Both the position numbers and the translations under genes were made by a program. From Octopus vulgaris (taxonomy: Eukaryota), in assembly GCA_951406725.2 (NCBI GenBank), contig OX597821.1, positions 35,030,001 through 35,094,000 on the forward strand: a stretch of 64,000 nucleotides of DNA, in the 5' to 3' direction. This document shows positions 27,607 to 40,825 of the stretch, piece after piece (within the stretch, counting starts at the first letter, position 1; every line of letters begins with the position of its first letter). The notes beneath the pieces are model-generated. The model did not search any database. It was not told where the DNA came from and saw only the letters and a list, made by a program, of their open reading frames with translations.

Positions 27607-28593
27607 TAGCACTCTTGGATACCACTCGGCAACTGCACAGGTCCACTAGTTGTCTGTAAACCTTGCGACATGTCCATCATAGAAGAACTTGTGCTTTCGA
27701 TGCTTTACGATCACATCGTTCAATCCGTTCCGTTCTCGAATTATCTCATTTCGAATGCGCTCTCTTAATTGCATTCCCAGCATGGATCTTCCCACGAACG
27801 TTTGTGTCGTAGCCAATCCTCTTCGTAGTAGCCCACGTCTGACTTGCGTAATAGAGCGCATATACGACGGTGCTATTGAAGAGTTTGGCACGTATGGTAT
27901 TACTCTTTTACTTGTTTCAGTCATTTGACTGCGGCCATGCTGGAGCACCGCCTTTAATTGAGCAACTCGACCCAGGGACTTATTCTTTTGTAAGCCCAGT
28001 ACTTATTCTATCGGTCTCTTTTGCCGAACCGCTAAGTAACGGGGACGTAAACACACCAGCATCGGTTGTCAAGCAATGCTAGGGGGACAAACACAGACAC
28101 ACAAACATACACGCACACACATATATATATACATATATACGACGGGCTTCTTTCAGTTTCCGTCTACCAAATCCACTCACAAGGCTTTGGTCGGCCCGAG
28201 GCTATAGTGGAAGACACTTGCTCAAGATGCCACGCAATGGGACTGAACCCGGAACCATGTGGTTGGTAAGCAAGCTACTTACCACATAGCCAGTCCTGCG
28301 CCTAAATCTTGTATTGTAAATCTTTGTTTTCAACACATCCTTTATTCAGTTAAATGCCTTCTATTCTGCCCTTACTCTATGAGATTCCAGCATCTATATC
28401 CCAGCGCATATTCACTGTGTGCCCTAAGTAGACGTACTTATTTACCTTCTCCGTTTTGTGTTACGTCTTCCGACCGCATATATTTTGTTTTCATGTGGTT
28501 CATTTTCAGACCCACTGCTGAGCTCTGAGTGTTCAGCTCTGTCAGTATGGTCTGCAGCTGGTCTGTGGTTTCAAAACTGCGATGCAACACATT
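27607..28593 (-). pseudogene. Decayed RTE-clade LINE reverse transcriptase fragment, interrupted by a SINE
   Basis: Minus frames give ETTDQLQTILTELNTQSSAVGLKMNHMKTKYM (late RT domains) and RSMLGMQLRERIRNEIIRERNGLNDVI...GHVARFTDN*W...EWYPR (RTE C-terminal region). Confidence 0.85.
27901..28303 (-). mobile_element. tRNA-derived SINE, family A, nested in the RTE fragment
   Basis: Full head-to-tail match to other family A copies. Confidence 0.9.
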
Positions 28594-28806
28594 ATTTTTA
28601 TAGTAAGCAATTTGTAGAGTTAGCGCATAATCAATGAAACAGAAACGAGTTTAATTACTGGAGTATATTCTTATTAGCTAGAAAGTATCTTTTTAAAAAT
28701 TTAATTATTTGGACATGTTAATTCATCTTGATGCATACTAAGATTACCCCAAAATACTGGAAAAAGTTTCCAGAAACATTTTATAGGTAGCTATAGATCT
28801 GGTTAT

Positions 28807-29560
28807 GTGAAAGCGCATGGCTCAGTGGTTAGAGCACCGTACTCAGTCATGAGGTAGTGAGTTTGATTCCCGGACCGGACCGTGCGCTGTGTTCTTGAGC
28901 AAGACACTTTATTTCACGTTGCTCCAGTTCACTCACCTATAGAAATGAATAGCGATGTCTATAGAAATGAATAGCTAGCTCTATGATGTATCGGCCGTTG
29001 CCATTCCCTTGGATAATACCAGTGGCGTGGAGAGGGGAGGGTGGTATGCATGGGCGACTGCTGGTCTTCCATAGGATCTTTTCGGTTTGAACGGCAGTTT
29101 TTAACATAATTTCTAGGTAACTAAAAAATTTTAAACTTCGTATACTGGTAGATGTTATAAAACATCTTTTTCTCTTGGCTGTAATGAGAAAATTCTATAG
29201 TTTGCGAGATATTTGTTGTTTTTTTCTTCAATTTCTGTAATTTCAACCAATCAGTGACGTCTATTGAGTTAAAAAGCTTTCTGTGCCGTATGAATATGTA
29301 CCTCGTTTAAGACACAGATTGGGTTTATTTACATTTGTGAAGAAAAAAAGATACTCTTCCCCCACCCCTAGCCCTAACCCTAAAAGAGATTGAAATGCAA
29401 TAGATCGATTCTAGGGTCATAATTATGAGTGGCAATTTCATATGACACTGCTAGAAAAAACTGCCGTTCAAACAGAAATGATCCCTTCCATAGACAACCT
29501 TGCCTCGGAGTGTAATATTCTAGGTGCAATTCTATAGTTATTTGTGACCAAAGTGGGTAT
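28807..29560 (+). mobile_element. tRNA-derived SINE, family C, split by MITE copy 3
   Basis: Head TGGCTCAGTGGTTAGAGCA...GTTTGATTCCCGG, then TGTTCTTGAGCAAGACACTT; its 3' part matches the reverse complement of 61665-61860. Confidence 0.75.
29074..29484. mobile_element. MITE, GGATC-TIR family, copy 3
   Basis: TIRs present; exact 8-bp TSD CTTCCATA at 29066-29073 and 29485-29492. Confidence 0.93.
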
Positions 29561-30406
29561 TTACTATTATCTTTTATAAATATGGTTACTATGGTGAGTC
29601 GTAATAGGTGATGATCGGTTACTGGTACCGTGTTCAAATCATTACCGACGAAGATGCCACTAAGAATGATTTGTGTCTGTCTAGTTTTAGCTTGTATGTC
29701 ACTTCACAAGCTATAAAGATACAGGCTACAAATAACGACTATATCACTGATATGATTGCTAATAGCCTCATAAAACGATTAGGTCATGAGCTCCCAAAAA
29801 GTAAAGTTCTCGAACCGGTACTAATCTCAGGAGAAAGCAGAAACATAACACAAACATATATTAAATAAATATGTGGCATATTTATTCAACCGGAAATTAA
29901 AACAAACCATGCACTCAGACTACCAGCAACTTCCGTAGTGGTAGGAAGTGCTCTACATGACTTACATTTTCGTAATGCAGCTCTTCATTTAAGAATGTAG
30001 ACTTGTAACGCATGTAGGAAATCAATTACATCAGCGATATAATTAATATTAGTTTATATCATTAATATTAATAAATGATACAACTCAATATTAATGGTAG
30101 AAATCAATATAAACAATTGTACGGGCGGACATAATAGCGTAATATTATACCGTCACCTGGTGCTGGTTCTGGCATCTTGTAAACAATAAGAACAGCAGAC
30201 TTGCAGGTTTTCTCTCTGCCCACGTGTTTCCTGCAGATATTTCGCCGGTAAATGTTCATAGTCAGGCATCAACAGAAGCAAGCACACCTGACTAGCTTAT
30301 ACAGACAAGAAAAAAAAAGCGGGGTGGAATAGAATAATATCTCTCGGTGACTCAATTCTCCAGCAAGGTTTCGATTCCAGGTTGATATCCTTTCCTCATC
30401 TTACTT

Positions 30407-30448
<42 letters not shown>

Positions 30449-31104
30449 TACAAGTAATCTTACGAGTAGACATAATCTTTTCTACAATAAGCATAAGGCC
30501 TCAAATTTTGGTTGAGGAGGATTATTGATTACATCCACTCCAGTGCTTAACTGATACTTATTTTATCGAGCCGAAAGAATTTAAAAGCAAAATTGACCTG
30601 GGATTTTTGAAACTTTGAACTCGTAACTTAAAGAGCTGGAAAAATGCCGCCAATCATTATGTCCGGCATACTAACAATTCGGCTACTCATCGAATCGTAA
30701 TTTTATCCGTTATGTAAGCTGTGTTGATAGGATATCTCTCAATCATCCTGAAAGTCGGTCGTTCTTACCGCACCAACTACACTACTTTATCTGCGTAGCC
30801 AACATCTCTAATATTCAAATAGCCTACTCTTAACTATAAGAAAATAGATATTATGGGTAGAGATAACTTGCTTCTCCAAGTAGAGCCAGAACAGGGAAAT
30901 TAACACGTGTTTATTCATTGTGTTACTAACGCTTGCAAAGCAGAAAGAAAAAGGGCCCCCATATGTTCTTTTCTACTATAGGCATAAGGCTTGAAATGTT
31001 TTCTGGGGAATTATGCATTTATAACAAACCACTTCTTGTACATATATTGGTAACATTCTCTCTCTCCCTTTGTCTATAAATGTGTGTATGTGTATGTATG
31101 TATG

Positions 31105-31155
<51 letters not shown>

Positions 31156-31782
31156 ACACATATCTATCTATACACCCACCCACCCACCCATACATACACT
31201 CATACACAGAGATATTTATTTATTTATAGATATGCATATGTACACATACGAACATGTTCTAATATTCAATTGTATTGTAATGATAGACAATAGTTCTTTC
31301 AAATTATGGTACGAGGCCAGCAATTTTAAGGGGAGGAAGTGAATTACATCAACCACAATGCGAAGCCGGTACTTATTTTATCGACCTTGAATGAATGAAA
31401 TGCAAAATCGACCTCGGTGGAATTCGGGCTCGGAACATAAAGAGCCCGGAGAAATGTTGCTAACTGTTTCATTCAATGCAGTAGCGATTCTGTCGGTTCG
31501 TCACTTCATTGTAAGATAATAATGAGATAAGTTGGTTGTCAGTGAGCACGTTATGATTTCATTTTCAGAATCATATCAAATTATTTTATTCAAAACCGGA
31601 CGGTCACGAGTGCAGCGAAATCAAACCCCACTCCCTCTGTTAAACAATTTACTTCATCAACGTCCCCTGCATAGAGCAACTATATCCGCTACTCTACCTA
31701 CTGGGTACTTTTCGGATGCACCTCTTCATCCCAATTCTACTTAGGAAATCGACGGTCTGGAAACTGGAGGTCGGAGATACAA

Positions 31783-32137
31783 GAGACTTCGGCCGAATAC
31801 TGGTTTAAGCACCCCATGTAACTTCTCATAACTTACCTATGTTTTGGAATTTGCAGAATTTTTTTTTTTTTTGCAAATTATTCTATAATTATAAAATTTA
31901 AAAAGATACATCAATATATGTCAGAGTGACAAAGAAACGAAGAAAGTATCAGGTGGTAGGGAGATGTGTAAATAATAACAGCTAAATCACCCTTAAATCA
32001 CCAACATAATTTTTTTTTTTTGCATAATCTTATGAATTCCAGTGTGTAGTCGCAAAAAGTTTCTGAAAATTCCAAAGCATTAAAAAGTTAAGAGGGGTTA
32101 CATGGGGGTGCTTAAACAAGAATTCCGCCGAAACCTC
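31783..32137. mobile_element. Old MITE with ~85-bp imperfect TIRs and GAG...CTC termini (Sola-like, tentative)
   Basis: GAGACTTCGGCCGAATACTGGTTTAAGCACCCCATGTAAC... pairs with ...GTTACATGGGGGTGCTTAAACAAGAATTCCGCCGAAACCTC; no clean TSD, so the superfamily is a guess from the termini. Confidence 0.7.
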
Positions 32138-32850
32138 AATCGGCACAAAGTGAAGTACAACTTTTACAATTGGTATTTAGTGTCTTCTAATCCTCTACGT
32201 TACAGATGGCGGTTTTCAGGTTTGTAGCCTAAGTACGGCTCGTAATACGGTTGGCATAAGAGGCTATCAAAACATGTGACGTCCCGGATCAGAGAGTAAT
32301 AACCATTACTTCCCGTTTATTGCTAATCGAGGCCAAAAGGCTCCAGTTATGACGGGAAACCGGCTCCGTTGAAGCTTCTTCCCATAGCATCTCATAATTT
32401 AAATATATAATTAAAATCGCACATTGTCACAGAATCGATGTTTATCGTTTGGTGTGTGACGAAATGCTTTGACACCGAATAATACACGTTATTATCATTA
32501 CAAAATAAATATTTATAAAAGCGAATGTAGCCGTTGTGTGTAATGCTTGTGCTTTAATGTTGTGTTTGTAATGCTTTCAACGACTCGTATCACGCAGTAA
32601 TTTTTTAGTCCAAGTTTTCTACCTAGTATATTAAAAAGCTAGTATTTCAGCTCTATTCGCTTCGAGATACATCGGTAAACGACCTAACCCGAGCATATGT
32701 AGAATATATAATATATATAATGCATATATATGTATATGTATATATAAAATATATACAATATATAGATACAAATATATATATATATATATATAATATAAAT
32801 GATATATAAATATATGCAAATATGCATATATATGTATATATATATATGTG

Positions 32851-32895
<45 letters not shown>

Positions 32896-32904
32896 TACAT
32901 ATAG

Positions 32905-33322
32905 AGGCGCAGGCGTGGCTGTGTTGTAAGAAGCTTGCTTCTCAACCACATGGTTCCGAGTTCAGTTCCACAGCGTGGCACCATGGGCAAGTATCTTCTA
33001 CAGCCTCGGGCTGACCAAAGCCTTGTGAGTGGATTTGGTAGACGGAGCCTGAAAGAAACCCGCCGTGTATACATATAGGTATGTGTGTGTATCTTTGCGT
33101 CTGTGTTTGCTCCACCACCACCGCCACTACTTGACAATTAATGCTTGTGCGTTTACGTCCCCATAACTTAGTTGTTCGGCAAAAAGACACCGATAGAATA
33201 TATACCAGGCTTGAAAAAAAAAAAAAAATACTTGTGTTGAATCATTTGACTAAAAAAATCTTCAAGGCGATACTCCGGCATAGCCGCAGTCTAATGACTG
33301 AAACATGTAGAAGACAAAGGAT
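32905..33322 (+). mobile_element. tRNA-derived SINE, family A
   Basis: Head AGGCGCAGGCGTGGCTGTG through tail GCCGCAGTCTAATGACTGAAAC. Confidence 0.85.
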
Positions 33323-33651
33323 ATAATGTATCGGCCAGACTATCGCATGCTGCTTTTCACGGCTTGTCACAATTTGTTCCCTTGAATTGTTGTAGTCTTT
33401 GAATGTTGCCACCCCGCTGGCTAGGCAGGTAGGCCACGATCACAAAACTGCTCCTGATCGAGGAGCAGCGATACCCCTCACAGCCGAGTGGAGTGGTGCT
33501 ACATGAAATGAAGTTACTTGCTCAAGAATACAACGTACTGCCGGTCGCGAAACTGAAATTACGATCATACGATCGTGACGTGATAGCAACGCTGATCACT
33601 GGACCGCGCGCCTCCACTGACACATGCGTACAAGTGTAACTAGAGATACTC

Positions 33652-33867
33652 TCTCTCTCTTTTACTCGTTTCAGTCATTTGACTGCGGCCATGCTGGAGC
33701 ACCGCCTTTAATCGAGAAACTCGACCCCGGGACTTATTCTTTTGTAAGCCCAGTACTTATTCTATCGGTCTCTTTTGCCGAACCGCTAAGTACTGGGGAC
33801 ATAAACACACCAGCATTGGTTGTCAAGCAATGCTAGGGGGACAAACACAGACACACAAACACACACA

Positions 33868-33923
<56 letters not shown>

Positions 33924-34089
33924 TACGACGGGCTTCTTTTCAGTTTCCGTCTACCAAATCCACTCACAAGGCTTTGGTCGGCCCGAGGCTATAGTAGAAG
34001 ACTTTTGCCCAAGATGTCACGCAGTGGGACTGAACCCGGAATCATGTGATTGGTAAACAAGCTACTTACCACACAGCCACTCCTGCGCC
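33652..34089 (-). mobile_element. tRNA-derived SINE, family A
   Basis: Full-length, close to the 27901-28303 copy. Confidence 0.9.
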
Positions 34090-35376
34090 GATGTGTAAAT
34101 CACTTTCATATTAAGCACATTTCTCTAACGCAAAATACTGTTCTCCACCTCCCTTGTGAATTCGAAGTCTGGTATCTATCTATATGAAAAGCCAATTTTA
34201 CAGTATTAATTGTACATACAACACAATTAATATATGAGCTAACCACAATTACTTAATTCTGTGTATATAAACTATATAGATCTGATTGTAAACTAATCAG
34301 ATTTCGGTATAAGGTCAAAAGCCATCAAACGACTCTTGAAATTACCACACTGTGGAGCTAAATGTGTTTTCCTTTACAAAAATAATTATTTTGTTCCAGA
34401 GTATTGCGTTACATAATTATATATATAATTAAATGTACGCTGTCTGTCAGTCACTTTGTATGTCAATCAGAAAGTTGGTGTAAAGAAGAGAGGAATCTAC
34501 GCCGATTTTATCTCTTAAGATTTCTTTTATGTGTCATCACTCTTTATGTATGTGTTTTTGAGATATTTGCTAGTGTTTTTATTTTTTTCTTCTTCTTCGG
34601 TTGGAGGAAGCTGTGAATGAAGAACTGCCGGTAGCTAACTTGCCTGTGTCTCTGATGACCTTAAAAGTACAATGCATTGGGTTTATTACTCGCTTGTCAG
34701 TGAGGTAGAGTAAACAGGCGAACAGACAAATAGAGAAGCACATGTGCGCAGTACGCAAGCACACACACATACACAAACGCAATGCGTACATACGGATGGA
34801 TAGGTAGAAAGACAGATGAGTAGATACGCAGGTACATAGTGGAAGATAGGTAAAGAGTAAGAACGGTGATGATACATAGATTGAAGTAGACCGGTGTATA
34901 AAGATTTAAGGACAAGCATACTGATACGTATGGTATTTGGTAGGCAGACAACTAGGCAGAAACAATGATGCATGTGTGTAAGGCAAGTAGACAGAGTTTA
35001 AGGTTAAGCAGAGAAAGATAGACACAAAAGCAGAGAGGGAGATAGATAGTAATATAAATTCATGCAGAGAGAGAGAGAGAGAGAGAGAGAAGGCTGATAT
35101 GTATGTGTTAATTTACGATCGCAGGGTAAAAACATTGTTTGTTGAAACCATATTACATGTTTTTATACGCAAATGACCGTTGCTGCAGAACAACTGCCCC
35201 AATCAGCTGATTCGTGGTATTGTGCTCTATTTTTTAAGATGCGCTCTGTTTCACTGTAAATGGGAAGCTCAGTGGTCTGTTCGCATTCACAGCCAAGCCA
35301 TCATCGATATACAGGCGTCTCATCCAGAACAGATAACAAATACATCGGTTTAAGATGTATACAAACACATACGACG

Positions 35377-35595
35377 TGCGGGAGCGCTGAAAAATTCCTG
35401 GCTTTGAGTAAAAGAAAACAGGAATATCAGTTAATTATGATTTTATATCCAACTTATTCTTCTCTCAGATTCACACACTTATGGCAGCGGTCCTTCAGTT
35501 TTTCTAAGCCCTGTAAAAGAAGTCAGAAGGTCGAGCCTCTGACCAGGCCTTTCGCGACACCCTTAAAGCCAGGAACTATTCAGTACCTCCTCATA
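35377..35595. mobile_element. Mariner-derived MITE
   Basis: Imperfect TIRs TGCGGGAGCGCTGAAAAATTCCTGGCTTT / AAAGCCAGGAACTATTCAGTACCTCCTCATA resemble TA-CGAGGGG mariner ends. Confidence 0.65.
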
Positions 35596-35603
35596 TATAC
35601 GTG

Positions 35604-35645
<42 letters not shown>

Positions 35646-36111
35646 TAAGTGCAATCAGGGCTATGTGGTTTGAGGCTTGCTCTGTAGCCCAATAGTTCAA
35701 TCCCACTGCAAGAGCTCAGTCCCACTGCATGGCACCTTGGATAAGCATCGTCTACTATAGCTCCGGGCCTCTGGGCCAGTCAATGCTTTGTAAGTAAATT
35801 TGGCAGATGGAAACTCTATGGAAGCACGTCGTATATATCTACATCTATCTACGTCTATCCGTCTGTGTGTCTTGTGTTTGTCCCCCCCCTCCCATAACCG
35901 CCAGATAACTGGTATTGCTTTCTTTACATACCCGTAGCTTCGCAGCTTGGCAAAAGATACGAATAGAATAAATACCAGTCTTAGAAAAAAAATAAATTTC
36001 TGTGACGATTTGTTCGACTAAATTCTTCAAGGTGCTGCACCAGCATGGCCGCACCCCAATGACTGAAACAAGCAAAAGACAAAGCATATATATGTTTGCA
36101 TGTGTATTTTC

Positions 36112-36388
36112 GTGGAGGCGCAAAGGCCCAGTGGTTAGGGCAGCGGACTCGCGGTCGTAGGATCGCGGTTTCGATTCCCAGACCGGGCGTTGTGTGTGTG
36201 TGTTTACTGAGCGAAAACACATAAAAGCTCCACGAGGCTGCGACAGTGGGTGGTGGCTACCCCTGTTGTACTCTTTCGCCACAACTTTCTCTCACTCACT
36301 CTTCATGTTTCTTGAGTAACGCTGCGATGGACTGACCACAGAAACCGGGAAAACGGGCCCATGAGCCTGGCTAGGCTTGAAAAGGGCG
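36112..36388 (+). mobile_element. tRNA-derived SINE, family D
   Basis: GGCCCAGTGGTTAGGGCAGCGGAC...GGTTTCGATTCCC A/B boxes; reverse copy at 61985-62385. Confidence 0.75.
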
Positions 36389-38498
36389 ACGTATATCGTA
36401 TGTGTATTTTCAGTGCATTAATCTAATTGGATGACCAAACAATAATCAGATAACGATCAAAATCTAAAATACAACGAAACTAGTAAAAGCCTATATTGCA
36501 ACAATGAGAATAGTAAATAAGAGAGTTTAATCCATTAGTATTCCTATTATTCTGTCGATTTTGATAAGGCATATGGTTCCGGGTTCAGTCCCACTGCATG
36601 GCAACTTGGGCAAATGTTTTCTACTATATCCTCGGGTCGACTAAAGCCCTGTGAGGAGATTTGGTTGACGGAAACTGAAAAAAGTTTGTTGTATATATAT
36701 TCTTTTATTCTTTTACTTGTCTCAGTCACTTGACTGTGGCCATGCTGGAGCACTACCTATCGATCTCTTTTGCCGAAGCCACTAGGTTACGGAGACGTAA
36801 ACACACCTGCATCGGTTTTCAAGCGACGTTGGTGGGGGGGGGATAAACACAAACATGTATATACACGACGGGCTTCTTTCAGTTTCCGTCGACCAAATCC
36901 ACTCACAAGGCTTTGATCGGCCCGAGGCTATAGTAGAAGACATTTTCCCAGTGTCACACAGTGGGATTGAACCCGGAACGATGTGGTTGGTAAACAAGCT
37001 ACATACCTCACAGCCACTCCTGCGCCTGCAGCTACTCCTATAAATATATGTACATATGTGTGTGTGTGTGTGTGTGTGTATTTATGTATGTGTCTGTGTT
37101 TGTCTCACCGTCATCGCTTGACAGCTAATGCCTGTGTGTTTATGTGCCCGTAACCTGGCGGTTCGGCAAAACCGACTGACAAAATAAGTGTTAGGCTTAC
37201 AAAGAATAAGTCCTGGGGTCGATTTGCTCGACTAAAACCCTCACGGCGGTGCTCCAGCATGGCCTCAGTCAAATGAGTGAAACAACTAAAAGCATATGTG
37301 TGTGTGTGTATGTGTGTAATATATATGCGATGGGCTGCCACACATTTTCCGTCGCTTATACGCGATGGAAACCACGTAAGCGGACCTGTGAATCTAAGGA
37401 ATCGAGACAAAACTTGCTGATATGATGATATAAAGGAAGAATCACAAATATTGTAATATTTACTCTCTGATTTCAAATCTCTGTCAAGGCGTGAACTCAA
37501 CTTTTATTCCTTCTCTCTCAACAAATCGGTACCAGTTTGATTTAAGCCCCGTCCTTGCTTAAAGTTTGGCTTTGTAATTTAACAAAACACGTCTTTATCA
37601 CTGTCAAAATAGTCGAATAAAATAAGCTGTGACCCGGCCAAGATGTTAAGCTGCCGGACAAAACCCCGCTAAGTATTTTGTCCGTCGTTATGTCCTGAGT
37701 TAAAACTCTGCCGAGGTCGACTTTACCTTTTATTCTTCCCCGGTCGTTAAAATATAGTATCAGTTGAGCGCTGAGGTCGATGAGGGAGGTGGGGGTGCTT
37801 ACCGGTAGCCCTTCCCTCTACCCAAAATGTCAGGCCCTGTGTCTACAGTAAAAAGAATATAGTCGAATAAAATGTCATACGGTATTAGATTACGTCTCTT
37901 TACGTTGTGAGTTCAAGTCCCACCGAGGTAAAGCATGACTTTCCTGCTCTTGAGGAGTGACGGTGGGGGTTTGATCAACCGAGTGTCAGTCATATATGAA
38001 GACGAGTTCATCAAACATACATTCCCCCCCACTCCACACTTCTACCACCACCACCTCTGAAATACCTGTCCTTGTGTCTATGTCAGAAAGCCATTATCTG
38101 TTTCTCTATTACCCACAAGGGGCTAAACATAGAGGGGACGAACAAGGACAGACAAAGGGATTAAGTCGATTACATCGACCCCAGTGCGTAACTGGTACTT
38201 AATTGATCGACCCCCGAAAGGATGAAAGGCAAAGTCGACCTCGGCGGAATTTGAACTCAGAAAGATGAAATACGGCTACGCATTTCGCCCGGCGTGCTAA
38301 CGTTTCTGCCAGCATACATGCGAAATAAAAATAATGGTGAAAGCAAAAAAAAAAAAAAATTTTATAAATAAAAAAAAATAAAGAAAACTTACAAAATACA
38401 AACAAAAAATAAAAAATAAAATAAATATAAAATAAAATAAAATAAAATAAAATAAGATAAAATAAATGACCGTGACATGTGGTGTCCGGTTTACGTAC

Positions 38499-38565
38499 CG
38501 TATGCTGCGGAGTAAAACGCAGCAGTCAAAAGAAGCGTAAAGATCAACACGGATAAGTCCCTCAT
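38499..38565 (-). CDS. First coding exon of a secreted or membrane protein: signal peptide MRDLSVLIFTLLLTAAFYSAAY(G/A..)
   Basis: ACC-ATG context; charged n-region, hydrophobic h-region and small-residue c-region; ends with G|GTACGT donor in phase 1, the usual signal-peptide exon layout; lies in non-repetitive sequence; candidate acceptors at TTTTAG|38675 or CAG|38596. Product unidentified. Confidence 0.65.
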
Positions 38566-40783
38566 GGTATACTAAGTCCTCATCCACAAGTGACAACTGT
38601 TGTAATGAAATTTATAGTAGAAATAACAATAGTGGTGCCAAGAATCGTAGGACGAGTCTAGTTCCGCTTTCGCTCCTAAAATATATTTGTTGCTTATTAT
38701 CTTTTTTATGTTTTTTTTTTTTACTGATGAGTATAGCTTGTTGATTTGTTCCTATTATAGTTATAACAGAGCGATCGTGGCTATGTTTAACGTAGAATAT
38801 TCTGTGTGTGTGTTTGGGTGAATGTGCTTTTGTGTTTTTCTTATATAAAGAAATATATGTTTTATATAGATATGTATCGTATGTACGTGTGTGTGTGTAT
38901 ATAAATATATATGTAATATCTCAATTACATCAACGTGTGTAGGAGTAATGTGAGTGTATGTATATAAAAAATATATATCACTGTTTGTATGTGTGTAAAT
39001 GTACGCCTATGTATTTGATAAAATTAAAATTTCATTTTGTGCTTTGGAAACATGAATAATAATATAATTTTCGATGTTTCACTTATAAAAAAAAATAGGA
39101 CAATATTTATGTGGAATGGAATTTGGAAACAGTAAAAGAACACTTGGAATAAATGCTCTACAGATAAGAAGCTCTATACAAAACCTATGTAGATAAATTC
39201 ATCCGGCAAGGTGTTTCGGAATATCCACCAGGAAGCGGTGAAGTGAGACCGGTCGCAAATTTCACCAGATATATTTTTGTATCTCCGTTATGGACTGACA
39301 GAATGAAGAATGCGTTGGATCTTAGCTTAATATATAAAACATATACATAGGTATATAAATTATCACAATATGTATAAGTATATTTATATATAAATATATC
39401 TATACATATATAGAGAGATAGAGAGAGAGAGAGAGATTTAGTTATCTGTCTAAATATATATTTTAAGAAGCAATTCGCGTGAATAGGATTTGTTTTTGCC
39501 GGTGAGTGCGAATCGTGTGTGCGTCTATGTATATATATGTCAATGTTAGTGTGTGTGTGAAGGCCCGTTCTTGTATATGATTCTGTGGTAGAAACGGGTA
39601 CTCGAGTAGGTTAGGTATAATTTCACCTCTATATATCTATGCAGAAATACATATATGTATGCATGTATGTATGTATGTATAATCCGTCTAACACGCTTAA
39701 CTTTCTAAACCGGCTCTGGGTTCCTTCCCTGCTTGTATATAATATGTATATAGGCTGCTTTCGAAGAACTGCGCGAAACTTTTTGATTCTTTCACTCTCT
39801 TCACTTTTATTTCTTGCTTTGTGTTTCTTTTTTTCTTTTATTTTTACTACTATTATTTTTAGCACCGGCTAAAATGTACTCTCACCACCACCACCACCAC
39901 TACTATCATTCCCAAACAGCAGCAGTACCACTATTACCAACACTAACACCAACACCACAACTTTTTCAACTGCTGAATAGTTTTATTTTTGTTGTTGTTG
40001 TTGCTTATTTATTTTATTTACACACGTACGTACACACATTATACTCTCTCTCTCTCCACTCTCTCAAACATGTATGAGTGTGTGTGTGTGTGTGAGTGTG
40101 TGTGTGTGAGAGTGTGTGTGTGTGTGTGTGTGAGTGTGTGTGTGAGTGTGTGCGTTCTTTATTTTGGTTTTTCATTCGTTTGTCAGTCACTGTGGAGCAA
40201 GTAGTTTGGGGATGGAAGCGAGAAAGACGGAGATAGAAAAAGAGAGCAACAGATAATAAATAGAGAAAGTGAGAGATAAGTAGACAGACAGATAGATAGA
40301 AAGAAATAACGTGAGAGAGAGAGAGAGAAAGAAATAACCTGAGGGAGAGAGAGAAACAGTTTAAAGTTGTGGAACTTGGAACGGGCATAAAGTTTTGAAA
40401 ACTACGAGTGAGCGAAAAAAAGTGATATATATAATATAATTTTTCTGAATCTTCAGATTTTAATATACTAGACCACTGGTTTTAAATTGATATTAATCAA
40501 ATCAATATTCAATATTTCACCCTTATTATTTTAAATTTAATCTTAAATTTATACACACACACACACACACACACACATATTGTATACCATATATATAATA
40601 TACAATATATATATATGTATATAATATACAATATACCTACATATATATATATTTTTTTTAAATTTAAATTTTATTTTATCTAGTTTCAGCTCACGAGCTG
40701 TGGTCATGCTGGGGCATACAATATACATATATATATATATATTTAGTTTCAGCTCAGAGCTGCGGCCATGCTGATGCACCGCC

Positions 40784-40825
<42 letters not shown>

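Noticed and set aside
36112-36190. Functional tRNA gene
   Set aside because: A and B boxes are present, but it continues into a SINE body, has a diverged paralogue and lacks a proper acceptor stem and terminator.
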